A model generated the notes under the pieces. The model searched no databases. It was not told where the DNA came from and worked only from the letters and a program-made list of their open reading frames with translations. A stretch of 64,000 bases of DNA from a virus (lineage: Duplodnaviria; Caudoviricetes). Numbering within the stretch: the stretch's first letter is position 1; the number at the start of each line of letters is the position of its first letter. Position numbers and translations under genes: made by a program. The DNA is taken from positions 10,265-74,264 of the IMG/VR virus record IMGVR_UViG_3300032243_000596; one strand, written 5' to 3'. Of this stretch, positions 46,393 to 56,059 are shown one piece after another.

Positions 46393-46839
46393 TTATTGTA
46401 ATTTTTCTAATCCTAAATCCTTGGGGGAAATAGTTCTAACTAATTTTAGGCCGGAGTCTACTTGTTTTTTATTTACGACTTCGTCGTGAATGTAATTAAG
46501 AACATATTTCTCATTGTCAACAAATACTAAATTATACTGTTCCTTGGTTGAAGGTTCATTATATAGTCTTATTTCTAATTCTGGTTTATGGTCACTAAGA
46601 TATAGAGTATACACTATTCCCAGAGCTTTTGCAAGATCACAATAGTAATTTTCATAGACCAATTCCCAAGGACCCGGCCATTCTTCAATGTGATCTGTGG
46701 TTAAATAATGCGCCACGTATGGGGCATAACTCCAAAGATGCTGGGTATCTTTGACTGCTTCTCCCAGTGGTTTTTTGCTGATAGTTTTTCGAAAGTCTTG
46801 CCAGAAGCGGAGGCGCTCACCGGGTAGTTGATTCCACAT
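46393..46839 (-). CDS. hypothetical protein
   Basis: PWELVYENYYC...LGIVYTL. Confidence 0.7.
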   Translation of the reverse strand: MWNQLPGERLRFWQDFRKTISKKPLGEAVKDTQHLWSYAPYVAHYLTTDHIEEWPGPWELVYENYYCDLAKALGIVYTLYLSDHKPELEIRLYNEPSTKEQYNLVFVDNEKYVLNYIHDEVVNKKQVDSGLKLVRTISPKDLGLEKLQ

Positions 46840-46855
46840 TGATTGGGCTAATAGA

Positions 46856-47419
46856 TTAATAGGTTAAAGTTGTGGCCACATAGACCAAATTGGCCACATT
46901 GCCCGTATTGCTTGATGTATACTTGACTGCGGCGTTGCCAAAAGTTGGATCACCCGTCACAGTAAAAGTGATACCAATGTTGGCTGTTTCCGAATATTCT
47001 TCATCGTAGGCCACGTTACCGTTGATTTGGCTAATCCTTAACAAACCAGTTCTTACATCGTTATAACGAGTGATGCTGTAGTTCATTAGCACACCGGATT
47101 GTACATTGGCCGAAGGAACACCGGTGAATGGTCCTTGAAAACTGACAAATGTAGTGGCGGTGGATACATTGTTTGATAATTGTACTTTGCTAGTGGATGG
47201 TAAACCCGGGATATCTCCGCGGCCAGCACTGGCCATAGTAAGAATTTCAGTGTTGCCTACAGCAGGTGCTCCTTCATCAAGAGTACCATTACCAATATAA
47301 AGACGTTGTGTGTCCACGTCCCAGCCCAGTTCGGCTGATGCTAGTTGTAATCCGTTTGCTGGGCCATTATCTGATAGACCACGACGGTGTTTAATCTGTG
47401 AGATTTGTACAATTGCCAT
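46856..47419 (-). CDS. probable virion structural protein
   Basis: MAIVQISQIKHRRG...LASAELGWDVDTQRLYIGNG (tail-fibre N-terminal-like); TAAATA upstream. Confidence 0.6.
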   Translation of the reverse strand: MAIVQISQIKHRRGLSDNGPANGLQLASAELGWDVDTQRLYIGNGTLDEGAPAVGNTEILTMASAGRGDIPGLPSTSKVQLSNNVSTATTFVSFQGPFTGVPSANVQSGVLMNYSITRYNDVRTGLLRISQINGNVAYDEEYSETANIGITFTVTGDPTFGNAAVKYTSSNTGNVANLVYVATTLTY

Positions 47420-47442
47420 TTTTGCTATTCCCTATCTTGTAT

Positions 47443-48126
47443 TTAGTTAGATAGGTAATACTGCTCCACTCGCTTGAGCCATTGTTCTGTCCAGTGCTCA
47501 AATTCATCTTGGGCTATGACAAATTCTTGATATTCGTTGTTGGCACTGCACATTAAAATAACACCTGTTTGAATATCTGTTCCGTGTGTGTTATTATGTG
47601 CCATACTGTATGCGGCCAACTGTATAAAATAATCGTCGATCCACTCACGTTTCTTGGGCTTATTTGTTTGTTTGAAGTCTAAAATTGCAGGTTTTCCTTG
47701 CCACACGCCCACACAATCTGTAGTACCTGCGTATAGCCCACTGTAGTACACAGGAACTTCTACACCCCAAAATTCAGTCACGTGTTTATCAAGTGCTTGG
47801 TTAATGATGATATTGGCCATCCCGTGGCTTTGTTGACTGTAAGGATTTGATCCTGGATCATCTATACTGCCATTTAGCACGTAGTTTTCTAACCACTTGT
47901 GCATACGTGTTCCCCGACTGGCAGCTTCGGTGGTAATTTCCTGTGCTTTGGCTTCGCCCACGCTGCGGCGCCAACGCTGTAGTGCTTCACGTTTTTCTTG
48001 TGGTTTAGTTCGGTCTAGTATTGTGGTTACGCTGGGCACAGCAGTCCCATCAGGCAAAGCATAATGACGTTTGCCTTCAATGGTGGTTCTTGAAATGGGC
48101 GTATAATTAAATTTGGATATTAACAT
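47443..48126 (-). CDS. PD-(D/E)xK exonuclease (MGME1/RecB-like)
   Basis: PSVTTIL, GTRMH, YAGTTDCV, ILDFKQT, QLAAY. Confidence 0.85.
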   Translation of the reverse strand: MLISKFNYTPISRTTIEGKRHYALPDGTAVPSVTTILDRTKPQEKREALQRWRRSVGEAKAQEITTEAASRGTRMHKWLENYVLNGSIDDPGSNPYSQQSHGMANIIINQALDKHVTEFWGVEVPVYYSGLYAGTTDCVGVWQGKPAILDFKQTNKPKKREWIDDYFIQLAAYSMAHNNTHGTDIQTGVILMCSANNEYQEFVIAQDEFEHWTEQWLKRVEQYYLSN

Positions 48127-48135
48127 TGGTTATCT

Positions 48136-48459
48136 TTATATTCTGAAACTTTCCCCGCAACCACAACGGTCACGTTCGTTGGGATTACTAAATTCAAATC
48201 CTTCATTTAATCCATTGCGTACAAAATCTATTTCTAGACCTTGTAGATATGCGCCGCTTTTTGGATCAACAAATATTTTACAATCCTTAGATTCAATACA
48301 TTGGTCTTCGGGGTTGGGTGTATCTACATATTCTAACACATAAGCAAGTCCGCTGCAACCGGTAGTTCGAACGCCCACACGCAGGCCCTGCCCTTGTCCC
48401 CTGCGAGCCAATTGCTGTTTTATTTTTTTAGCGGCTATATCAGTTAGTGTTACGGTCAT
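48136..48459 (-). CDS. iscA: Fe-S cluster A-type carrier
   Basis: LRVGVRTTGCSGLAY, FEFSNPN, RCGCGESF; start placed at MTVTLTD. Confidence 0.95.
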   Translation of the reverse strand: MTVTLTDIAAKKIKQQLARRGQGQGLRVGVRTTGCSGLAYVLEYVDTPNPEDQCIESKDCKIFVDPKSGAYLQGLEIDFVRNGLNEGFEFSNPNERDRCGCGESFRI

Positions 48460-49471
48460 TGTTAAACATTGTGTGGAACTTGCTTCCATAATTATTTACA
48501 ACAGATTCAAATATATCCTGGTTGTACTGCAAGATGGGTGCAAGATTATCTAATAATTCTGTCAGCTGATCTGGATTTAATCTGTGAATTCTGTTTAATT
48601 CTTGTTTGATTGACTCCAGTCTGTAACCTAAACTGGGCTCGGAGTCGTAACTTTCGTCAATGTAAGGATGGAATGTTTTAAAGCCCAACTCACGCAAATA
48701 GGCCAACATACCCTGCCCTGCCACCACTAAAAAGGGTTTCTTAGTATACAGGCATTTGATAGTTTTGTCCGTGAACCAGTAGCTGTTATGGCAGTCTGTT
48801 TCGGCTATGATTTCAATTTTAAATTTTGGCCAGATACTGGGGTATGTTTGCATACCCCTGGTCCAGTCAGATATGCCGTTGCCGTGCGTTGCTTCTACTG
48901 TTTTGTTTTTGTTGGTAAAGTTATGCGCCCACTCTAACTCATTTTTATAGTAATCTTCAAAGTCAGTAAATTCATAGCGTATTACATCTGGGTGGGGTTG
49001 GAATACTACAAAACTGTCATTTTTAAATTGCGTGTCCAAATGATAGGCCATTAAAAATCGTTCTAGTGTGTACCTGCCGTACACAGCACCAAACAGTTTG
49101 GCATCGGCATTCAATTGATATTGCGGGCGATCTTCTAACCAAGGACATACTAGATCAAAACTATTGCTGGTCAAGTAGACTACACGTACCTGACTGTTCT
49201 TGTAATTGGGTGTTGAAGTTTGTACTTCTATTAGATCGTGTGCCAGTCGTGTTTCCACTACAATGAGATCTATTAGATGATCTATATTACAAAAGGTGAC
49301 AGGCAGTGCGTCGGGGAAGAATAAAATCAGCTTGCTGATGGCAATTTGCCTGCTGATGGCAGACAATTGATCAATTAGCACTGGTATTCTGGTAAACTGG
49401 TAGTCGTGGTTTAAAAAACAAGTCCCGTTAATTTTAACTTCGTTGTTGGTTACGCCGATAGCACCATTCAT
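48440..49471 (-). CDS. glycosyltransferase-like (GT10/exostosin-like) protein, paralog 3
   Basis: EIIAET...WFTDKTIKCL...KPFLVV...LRELGFKTFHPYIDESYD. Confidence 0.6.
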   Translation of the reverse strand: MNGAIGVTNNEVKINGTCFLNHDYQFTRIPVLIDQLSAISRQIAISKLILFFPDALPVTFCNIDHLIDLIVVETRLAHDLIEVQTSTPNYKNSQVRVVYLTSNSFDLVCPWLEDRPQYQLNADAKLFGAVYGRYTLERFLMAYHLDTQFKNDSFVVFQPHPDVIRYEFTDFEDYYKNELEWAHNFTNKNKTVEATHGNGISDWTRGMQTYPSIWPKFKIEIIAETDCHNSYWFTDKTIKCLYTKKPFLVVAGQGMLAYLRELGFKTFHPYIDESYDSEPSLGYRLESIKQELNRIHRLNPDQLTELLDNLAPILQYNQDIFESVVNNYGSKFHTMFNNDRNTN

Positions 49472-49845
49472 CAGTGCCGCTTTCTATAGTCTTCTACTGC
49501 TGCTTTGATTGCATCTTCAGCAAGGATGCTACAATGGATTTTGACTGGTGGCAGGGCGAGCTCTTCAGCAATCTCTGAATTTTTAAGAGCTGCGGCTTGG
49601 TCCAGCGTCTTGCCTTTAACCCACTCGGTAACAAGAGAGGAACTCGCGATAGCACTACCGCAACCGTAGGTTTTGAAACGGGCATCAGTAATTACTCCAT
49701 CTTTAACTTTGATTTGTAACTTCATTACGTCACCACACGCAGGCGCACCAACCATACCAGTGCCAACATCGCTGTCGTCTTTGTCAAAGACGCCAACGTT
49801 TCTTGGGTTCTCGTAATGATCTATCACCTTATTTGAATAGGCCAT
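49471..49845 (-). CDS. iscU: Fe-S cluster scaffold
   Basis: YENPRNVG, GAPACGDVM, FKTYGCGSAIASSS, LPPVKIHCS. Confidence 0.97.
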   Translation of the reverse strand: MAYSNKVIDHYENPRNVGVFDKDDSDVGTGMVGAPACGDVMKLQIKVKDGVITDARFKTYGCGSAIASSSLVTEWVKGKTLDQAAALKNSEIAEELALPPVKIHCSILAEDAIKAAVEDYRKRH

Positions 49846-49883
49846 AATTGTCTCCTAATGTGTTATTGTACTTTAAAAAGATA

Positions 49884-50258
49884 CTATTGTCTACGGGCCA
49901 TAGCCTGTTTGGCCATATTGGCAACAGTTTGTTCGGGATTTTCCGCATCAGCAGCCATCGAATCTGGTGTGTTGGCCACTGTTTGAGTAACTGCACCTGC
50001 AACCGAAACTGTTTCGGGAGTTATGTTTTTCAAAATGTTTTTCATACTGGGTTCAGCATCGTTGGCTGTCAACAAGTCCTGGTATGTAAAACTGGGTAAT
50101 CCGGTATTGCGAATATAACGGATAACCATTTCTGTTGGTATTTCTGGTTTTAAATCACCAGCTTGAATTCTATTTTGAAGGAGACTTAAAGCAGTGACAA
50201 CATTTGTATATTGTTCACTGCCAGATTCATCACTACCAACGAACTCAAAGAGTCTCAT
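49884..50258 (-). CDS. hypothetical protein (MRLFEF N-terminus)
   Basis: 124-aa ORF. Confidence 0.7.
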   Translation of the reverse strand: MRLFEFVGSDESGSEQYTNVVTALSLLQNRIQAGDLKPEIPTEMVIRYIRNTGLPSFTYQDLLTANDAEPSMKNILKNITPETVSVAGAVTQTVANTPDSMAADAENPEQTVANMAKQAMARRQ

Positions 50259-50938
50259 TAACGACGCTCTCTGCCCATTTCTTCTGAACCACCTGCGGCG
50301 GCGTCAGTGGCGCTAAAGCCATCATCTTCGCTGTCAAAGTCATTTTCCAAGTCAGAGCCAGCACCGTCAGCTTCTAGGTCCGGGCCACTGCCCATATCCA
50401 TTGGAGCTGCACTGGTCTGCTCACCTGCCAAGCCACGTGCGCCTTGGTCTAGTGCATCACGTGCGCCATTCAAACTGTCCATCAAGCCTTGTAGAGCTGC
50501 TGTTACTGTTTGCTTGAATGAGTCTGCCTGTGGTTGGCCAACTTGGTCACGGATTGTGTCCAGCAGTGGGGGCAATTGCTCGTTCAGCATCTTGCTGGCA
50601 TCAGTGATCATATCTTGAACACTGTCAACCATATCTTTGGCAGCCAGTACTGCTTCTGCTTTTTCCTGTTCACCTTCTGTCAACACACGGTCTTGCTGTG
50701 CTAACCAAGATGACAGGCCTTCGCGAACCATAAGCATTTCCATATACTTGGGATTCTGTTCAGCAGTGTGTGCGCCGTGTGTGCGACGGATTTGATTTAA
50801 GTTTTCTGCTATAGCATAGCTCAAACGTTGTGCTTTGGCGTAGGTCAGGTTATCATAATCAATAGCAAACCCGAAACGGCTTTCCATTACTTTGTTAAGA
50901 CGTTTTGTGGTTCTTGGTGCTAGTTCTTTTAAATTCAT
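50258..50938 (-). CDS. hypothetical helical protein (MNLKEL N-terminus), possibly scaffold/core
   Basis: Coiled coil with acidic tail; start placed at 50938. Confidence 0.6.
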   Translation of the reverse strand: MNLKELAPRTTKRLNKVMESRFGFAIDYDNLTYAKAQRLSYAIAENLNQIRRTHGAHTAEQNPKYMEMLMVREGLSSWLAQQDRVLTEGEQEKAEAVLAAKDMVDSVQDMITDASKMLNEQLPPLLDTIRDQVGQPQADSFKQTVTAALQGLMDSLNGARDALDQGARGLAGEQTSAAPMDMGSGPDLEADGAGSDLENDFDSEDDGFSATDAAAGGSEEMGRERR

Positions 50939-50955
50939 ATTATCTTTCCCAGATT

Positions 50956-51483
50956 TTAGTTGGCGCTTAGTACACTCGCCCAAACTTTATTATATTTAGC
51001 ACTTGTTAAAGTTTTTTCTAATTCTTCCTGTGCTGAAATGTACCTTGTTTTTACGTCTGTATAGCGTATAGTCCACAGATCACGTTTAAAGTAATCTGTG
51101 GTTTTTTTAGTTAATTTCTTGCTGTAAAATTCAAATTCGTCGTTCAACTTGGCTACATTTCTATCGTTTGCCAATAGTTTGTCTGCTGTCTTATAATGTT
51201 TGCAGTAGGTAAAAACTGCGTAAAAAATTGCTGCCTGTCGGCTGTAGAATACGTGTATTGGTTCTTCGCTGTCAGTTACTATATATTTGTGGCTGGCCAA
51301 TTGGGATATTTTATGTGTGCCCACTACCCAGATTTTATTGCTGAGTTGTAAACATACTGGAAATTTGGGCTCATAGCGTAAATGATTAAATTCTGTTCTT
51401 GCCCATTGGTCAACCTTGGTAATTGCCAGATCAACCAGCAGTTTGCCTAGATCGTTTTTTATAGATGATTTTACCGTTTTCAT
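50956..51483 (-). CDS. hypothetical protein
   Basis: 175-aa ORF. Confidence 0.7.
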   Translation of the reverse strand: MKTVKSSIKNDLGKLLVDLAITKVDQWARTEFNHLRYEPKFPVCLQLSNKIWVVGTHKISQLASHKYIVTDSEEPIHVFYSRQAAIFYAVFTYCKHYKTADKLLANDRNVAKLNDEFEFYSKKLTKKTTDYFKRDLWTIRYTDVKTRYISAQEELEKTLTSAKYNKVWASVLSAN

Positions 51484-51655
51484 TTTTTCTTTGAAGTAAG
51501 TCTTTGTTGACTAGTTGATTGGCTATTAGTTGCTGTCGTTCGCTTAGATCGCTCTTGGCCATAACGGGTGTTTCTTCGTCAAACTGAGATAAGACATCTG
51601 CTTCCTCGTTTGTGATGACCATTGATAAATTCTCAGTGACTTCAATGATTTTCAT
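51431..51655 (-). CDS. hypothetical protein (MKIIEV N-terminus)
   Basis: 74-aa ORF, ATGA-coupled. Confidence 0.7.
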   Translation of the reverse strand: MKIIEVTENLSMVITNEEADVLSQFDEETPVMAKSDLSERQQLIANQLVNKDLLQRKNENGKIIYKKRSRQTAG

Positions 51656-51918
51656 TTGTTTATAAAATTAACCAACAACACCGTGCAAGCAGATATCATT
51701 GCCGCCATTATGGCTGTTCCGATACTTATGATAGTTTTGTCACTGTTGTCGCTACCCGTTTTTTGAGTGATTGAATCTCTTATAGCTAATAAATGTTCTT
51801 CAACCGTATTCATACGCTTGTCTAATGAATCAAGTTTGTTTTCCAAGTTCTTGTACCTTTCAGCGCAAAGCTCTACGTGCGCCTCTAGGTTTTGTTTTTC
51901 TATATCGGTGGTGGACAT
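51652..51918 (-). CDS. coiled-coil protein with C-terminal TM helix
   Basis: LEAHVELCAERY...heptads, then IISIGTAIMAAMISACTVLLV. Confidence 0.65.
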   Translation of the reverse strand: MSTTDIEKQNLEAHVELCAERYKNLENKLDSLDKRMNTVEEHLLAIRDSITQKTGSDNSDKTIISIGTAIMAAMISACTVLLVNFINK

Positions 51919-51995
51919 TTTATCTCGCTTGTTAATGCGATGCAGTTTAGTTTGCCTATATGTGCCGTAAAGAGAAGCCTATTGGTGCCAGAGCA

Positions 51996-52406
51996 TCAAA
52001 CAATATTTATGCCAGGGCGTTGAATAAAGTGTATGTTCTTTAAAAAACCTTGGGTATGAAACAAAGGCAACATAAATCTTGCTGTTTCATCCAGTCCCAA
52101 TACTATGGGTATTTGATCAAAGTCTTTGTCTAACTCTTCTATTAGATATGAATCTTCCCTGTCCCCCGAAAATTGAAATGCCCATACCGTATGATGGCCT
52201 TCATAAAAGTTCCCAAACTCAAAGTACTTTAAACTTTCGTTATTCCAGCGAACAGGCGTTTGATTAAAAAAAGGCTGAGCTCTTAGACCCAACAATTGTA
52301 CCACTGATTGCCAATTGCGCTGTTGGTCTCTGGCTTCTCCCAAGCCTTTAGTTACTCCTGTGGCAGTGATGTCTATCAATGTAAAACAAGTGGTAACATT
52401 ATTCAT
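51996..52406 (-). CDS. hypothetical protein
   Basis: TLIDITATG...QQRNWQS; TAAATA 5 nt before the ATG. Confidence 0.7.
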   Translation of the reverse strand: MNNVTTCFTLIDITATGVTKGLGEARDQQRNWQSVVQLLGLRAQPFFNQTPVRWNNESLKYFEFGNFYEGHHTVWAFQFSGDREDSYLIEELDKDFDQIPIVLGLDETARFMLPLFHTQGFLKNIHFIQRPGINIV

Positions 52407-52423
52407 AACAATATTTATAGGTC

Positions 52424-52450
52424 AAAAAAATAGGCAGTCGAAACTGCCCA
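52424..52450 (-). terminator. intrinsic terminator
   Basis: TGGGCAGT-ttcg-ACTGCCTA-TTTTTTT. Confidence 0.88.
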
Positions 52451-52473
52451 TTTAATTGTAGATAAACTACTGA

Positions 52474-52899
52474 TTAACCGCCTGCGGCTGTTACGAAACG
52501 CATAGCATTTGGTCCGCCAACAACTGTACCAGAGTATGTATAACCACTGCTGTCGCTGATAGCACGGATGTTAGCTTGCAAGTTTGTGTAGTCCCACTGA
52601 CTGTCTTCTGTCAATACGCTTAACAAACCGTTGGTAACACCACCTAAAGCTGCATTACCAATTTGATATGCCAAGATTGTAGCATTCAAGCTGATTGTGC
52701 GTAGAATAGATTCAACTGCTTGACCTGTTCCAACGTTAGCTGTCAGTGCTGAAGCACAGTTGATAGACCAAGCCTGAACTGGCTTGCCAATACCTGTAGA
52801 AATAACTACGCCTACGCTGTTTGCTGCTGTAGAAAAATCAGCTGCGCCAACGCTAACTACGTTTTGTCCATTACCGTTTGTACGTGTAAATACTGCCAT
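52474..52899 (-). CDS. probable virion structural protein
   Basis: Gly/Ala/Thr/Asn-rich; has its own TAAATA promoter, AAGGA RBS and terminator. Confidence 0.55.
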   Translation of the reverse strand: MAVFTRTNGNGQNVVSVGAADFSTAANSVGVVISTGIGKPVQAWSINCASALTANVGTGQAVESILRTISLNATILAYQIGNAALGGVTNGLLSVLTEDSQWDYTNLQANIRAISDSSGYTYSGTVVGGPNAMRFVTAAGG

Positions 52900-52975
52900 T
52901 TTATTTTCCTTTAAAAATTCTGCGAATTAACGCATATAGATATTTATACCTAATGACAAAAATCTCTTGATTAGA

Positions 52976-54241
52976 TTAGTTTTTCTTCCAGTTCTTGACT
53001 GCGGCAAAATTCTGTTTACTGAACTCCAAGCGGTCTACTAGTTTAACAGCGCCACCGTCGTGTCCTATAGCAACAAAGCCCTCGGGTGCTGTTACTTTGT
53101 AACCGTTTTCAGTATTGATAAATGTACCAATACTTTCAATCTTTTGCATCTTGGTCAAGATCAATAGTTTGCCCTCGATTACACGTTTGTAGATAGCAAG
53201 AATACCCAATAGTGTGTTGCTGTTAGATTCAATGAATCGCTCGTTATCTTCTATCTTTTTAATACGTGCCTGTGCCGCTTTACTTTCGGGTCCGCCTTTT
53301 AGTTTGGCGATTTCAGCTTCTTGCTTGCCCTTATAGTAGGCCAGGAATTTTGTTAAAAACTCAGATGGCTCGCCAACCTGTACTCCGCCTTTGATCATAC
53401 TGTTAATAAAAGGCTTGATGTAGGTGTTAAATTCAGGATTGCCTAAGATGACATTAAATGCTTTTTGATCTACTTTTTTCAGTGTGATTGCACCTTGGCC
53501 AATGGTGGCAGCAATCATATTGTCCTCTTGCGGTGTGAGGCTGGCGATGCCTGTGTAGTCTTTGTAAGTGGCATCATCAAACCATACAGCTTTACTGGGA
53601 GTAAGTCCAGCTACACTGGCACCAAAGCTGGCAGTCATACTGGGCAAATCTGCACCTTCGTAGGCCGTGTGGAATATAATACCTATTTTAGCTGAAGCAA
53701 TGCGTTTGCCCAATGCGCTGTTGACTGGCACAGCGTAGGTAATGGTATTGGGAGTAAACGTGTAAACATTTTCTCCGTTGATACTGGCTGTTTGTACATC
53801 GCCCGGAGTAAACATTAAATCACCCTGTAGTACACCGCCTATGTTTAAACTGGGCAAATACTTTAAGGCAACTGTTAGTTTATCCGCTAGGCCGCCCTGA
53901 TCCCCGTAGAACTTTTTAATGTCTGCGGAGCTTTTGCACAGTTTGGGTTCTGTTTTGGCAAATACACTTTTAGTGCCCACAAAGAACCGGCCGTCCACAG
54001 GATCTATACCACAAATAATAGCAGGAGCTCCGTCCCACTTGACTGTGACTTTGACAGGGGTGCCTTGGCCTTGTGCAAACATCTGACGTAGGCCTTCTAA
54101 GTAGTTAAGAGCTTTTTGAGCGCCCAAATAACCTTCATTAAAGATAAGATCTTCAAGATGTTCCAAGTGCGTGTTCTTGCCTTCTGCCGATTCGTACAGT
54201 AACCAAGCAGGCGGTTGATTTCTTACTTCAAATAATTTCAT
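52976..54241 (-). CDS. ligase-type nucleotidyltransferase-like protein (DUF6267-like; MKLFEV N-terminus)
   Basis: VKWDGAP (KxDG), LQGDLMF, IIFHTAY, PEGFVA, VKLVDR. Confidence 0.55.
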   Translation of the reverse strand: MKLFEVRNQPPAWLLYESAEGKNTHLEHLEDLIFNEGYLGAQKALNYLEGLRQMFAQGQGTPVKVTVKWDGAPAIICGIDPVDGRFFVGTKSVFAKTEPKLCKSSADIKKFYGDQGGLADKLTVALKYLPSLNIGGVLQGDLMFTPGDVQTASINGENVYTFTPNTITYAVPVNSALGKRIASAKIGIIFHTAYEGADLPSMTASFGASVAGLTPSKAVWFDDATYKDYTGIASLTPQEDNMIAATIGQGAITLKKVDQKAFNVILGNPEFNTYIKPFINSMIKGGVQVGEPSEFLTKFLAYYKGKQEAEIAKLKGGPESKAAQARIKKIEDNERFIESNSNTLLGILAIYKRVIEGKLLILTKMQKIESIGTFINTENGYKVTAPEGFVAIGHDGGAVKLVDRLEFSKQNFAAVKNWKKN

Positions 54242-55254
54242 AAGGATTCTAATTCGTGTTGTAGAAATGATGCCAGTGCTTGATTTATTGGTTTGCTGTT
54301 CATAAGATCGATCCAGCGACCGTCATCTAGTAGACCAAAATCTCTGCGCCTGTAACGAACCACTGTTGGTGTTGGGCGACCTTGACGGTCTTTACTGGCA
54401 TTTTTAATAAGTTGTACACCGCCAGCAGTAGTGGGTAACTGCTGTGCTTGTGCAGGTTGCTGCGCGGGTTGTTCTGGTTGCGCTGCAGGTTGTTCAAAAC
54501 TAGGAGGTTGTTGACCAGTCATATCTAGATATAACTTCTTATTTGTAATAAGTCTTTTGGCTATGTCAGCTGACATTTGACCGTAACGATTTTTTTCTGC
54601 GGCAGCCGTTGCTTGATCCTGTTTAATTTGAGCTATAATTTTTTCAAGGTCTACTTGTTGCTGAGCCTTAGATGCTATTTCTTTTTCCTGTGCAGCCTGA
54701 TTGTGCATTGATACAGTTCTAGCTGCACGGAATCTATTGGTGATTGCTTCGGTTCTGTGCTGATTAATAGTTTCTAAATATTGCTGAATTGTGGTGGGAT
54801 TAATCTGATTGGGCAACGGCGCCGCTTCTATTTCGTGCATTACATATTGACTAATAACTTTATCGCGATCTGACCCAAAGAAATGTTCCGCAAAATATTT
54901 TAATTCTTGTTGAATTTCTGCGGGGTCAAAACTATTGGCTCGAGCAATATCAACACCGTGTTGCCTTAGAGAGTTTAAAAACTCCTGAGTAGCAGTATGA
55001 CCCAGGCCTGCATATGAAGCAACCTGTTGTTTGAATTTTTTATCTGTTTGTTTTTGTTGGTTAGCTGCACGTTGTTTGGCTGTGCCCACATCACCTGTGC
55101 CGCCACCTAACCAGTCCAAGGCCTTTAGCGGGCTACCTGCTATAGCACCTAATGCCCCACCAGCAAGAGCACCCACTGGACCGCCAAGTGCAGCGCCCAC
55201 TCCGGCGCCAGCCAAGGCGCCTTTCCAACCTTCAGTGATTTCATTAATTTTCAT
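54238..55254 (-). CDS. hypothetical protein with glycine zipper (MKINEI N-terminus)
   Basis: GALAGAGVGAALGGPVGALAGGALG; Gln/Pro-rich linker. Confidence 0.65.
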   Translation of the reverse strand: MKINEITEGWKGALAGAGVGAALGGPVGALAGGALGAIAGSPLKALDWLGGGTGDVGTAKQRAANQQKQTDKKFKQQVASYAGLGHTATQEFLNSLRQHGVDIARANSFDPAEIQQELKYFAEHFFGSDRDKVISQYVMHEIEAAPLPNQINPTTIQQYLETINQHRTEAITNRFRAARTVSMHNQAAQEKEIASKAQQQVDLEKIIAQIKQDQATAAAEKNRYGQMSADIAKRLITNKKLYLDMTGQQPPSFEQPAAQPEQPAQQPAQAQQLPTTAGGVQLIKNASKDRQGRPTPTVVRYRRRDFGLLDDGRWIDLMNSKPINQALASFLQHELESL

Positions 55255-55499
55255 TCTTGACTCTTGATCCTTTTGACGCCCCTGCTGAACTTGGCGTTGT
55301 CCTGACTGCGGATGCTGTTCAACAGTCGGCGTTCTAATTCTTCTGCTTGTTCGGGAGAATAGCTTTCGCGAATAAAGTTAATGAGATTGACAGCGCCCTG
55401 GATCACGTGGTTGGCACGTGACTCCACGAGATTTTCGCGGTCCTTTTGTAAACGTAGGGAATCTAGCTCTTCTAAGAGGCTACGAGTCTTTTTCTGCAA
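55251..55499 (-). CDS. conserved phage hypothetical protein
   Basis: MQKKTRSLLEELD; TAAATA upstream. Confidence 0.7.
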   Translation of the reverse strand: MQKKTRSLLEELDSLRLQKDRENLVESRANHVIQGAVNLINFIRESYSPEQAEELERRLLNSIRSQDNAKFSRGVKRIKSQE

Positions 55500-55564
55500 A
55501 ATAATACTCCAGATTAACTATATTTATTTGAACTGTAATATTATGGTTATAAATAAAAACGCAT

Positions 55565-56059
55565 ATGACAGTCAATCGTGCCTTATGGCGAGATCAACAA
55601 CTTAATGGGATTGGATTCTCTGATACGTCCTATATTATACTACATCAAGAACAAATAATGTTAGATTTTTTATCAAACTTCCCAGGAATTGTATGGAAAT
55701 GGGCAGGAGACGATTCGTCATTTAAACGAGTCTGTGAGAACTATGTTTCGTTGTCCGACAGATCATATGACGGTGTAATACTATTCGGGGAAATACTTTC
55801 GCATTTATCAACACAAAAACTAGTTGATAAAATAAAGACCCACATACAAACAGTCAAATATGCGTATGTGGGAGTGAATCGCTATGAGATAGTCAATGAA
55901 AATATTGACACAAATCTCCCGGATTCTATAGAAGATAGTTTGGATTATATATTACACTCAATCCACCCTGCATTTAGACGATTACATACTTTTGATCAAG
56001 TAACGGGCGATCAAATGGTGGCTGTTCATCCAATGGATTGCTACGGATTATGCAAGTAG
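55565..56059 (+). CDS. hypothetical protein
   Basis: First gene of an AT-rich plus-strand operon; TAAATA at 55550-55555. Confidence 0.65.
   Translation: MTVNRALWRDQQLNGIGFSDTSYIILHQEQIMLDFLSNFPGIVWKWAGDDSSFKRVCENYVSLSDRSYDGVILFGEILSHLSTQKLVDKIKTHIQTVKYAYVGVNRYEIVNENIDTNLPDSIEDSLDYILHSIHPAFRRLHTFDQVTGDQMVAVHPMDCYGLCK

Noticed and set aside
47443-48126. Cas4-like nuclease suggesting a CRISPR locus
   Set aside because: No four-Cys Fe-S set, no other cas genes and no repeat-spacer array seen; it is an ordinary phage PD-(D/E)xK exonuclease.
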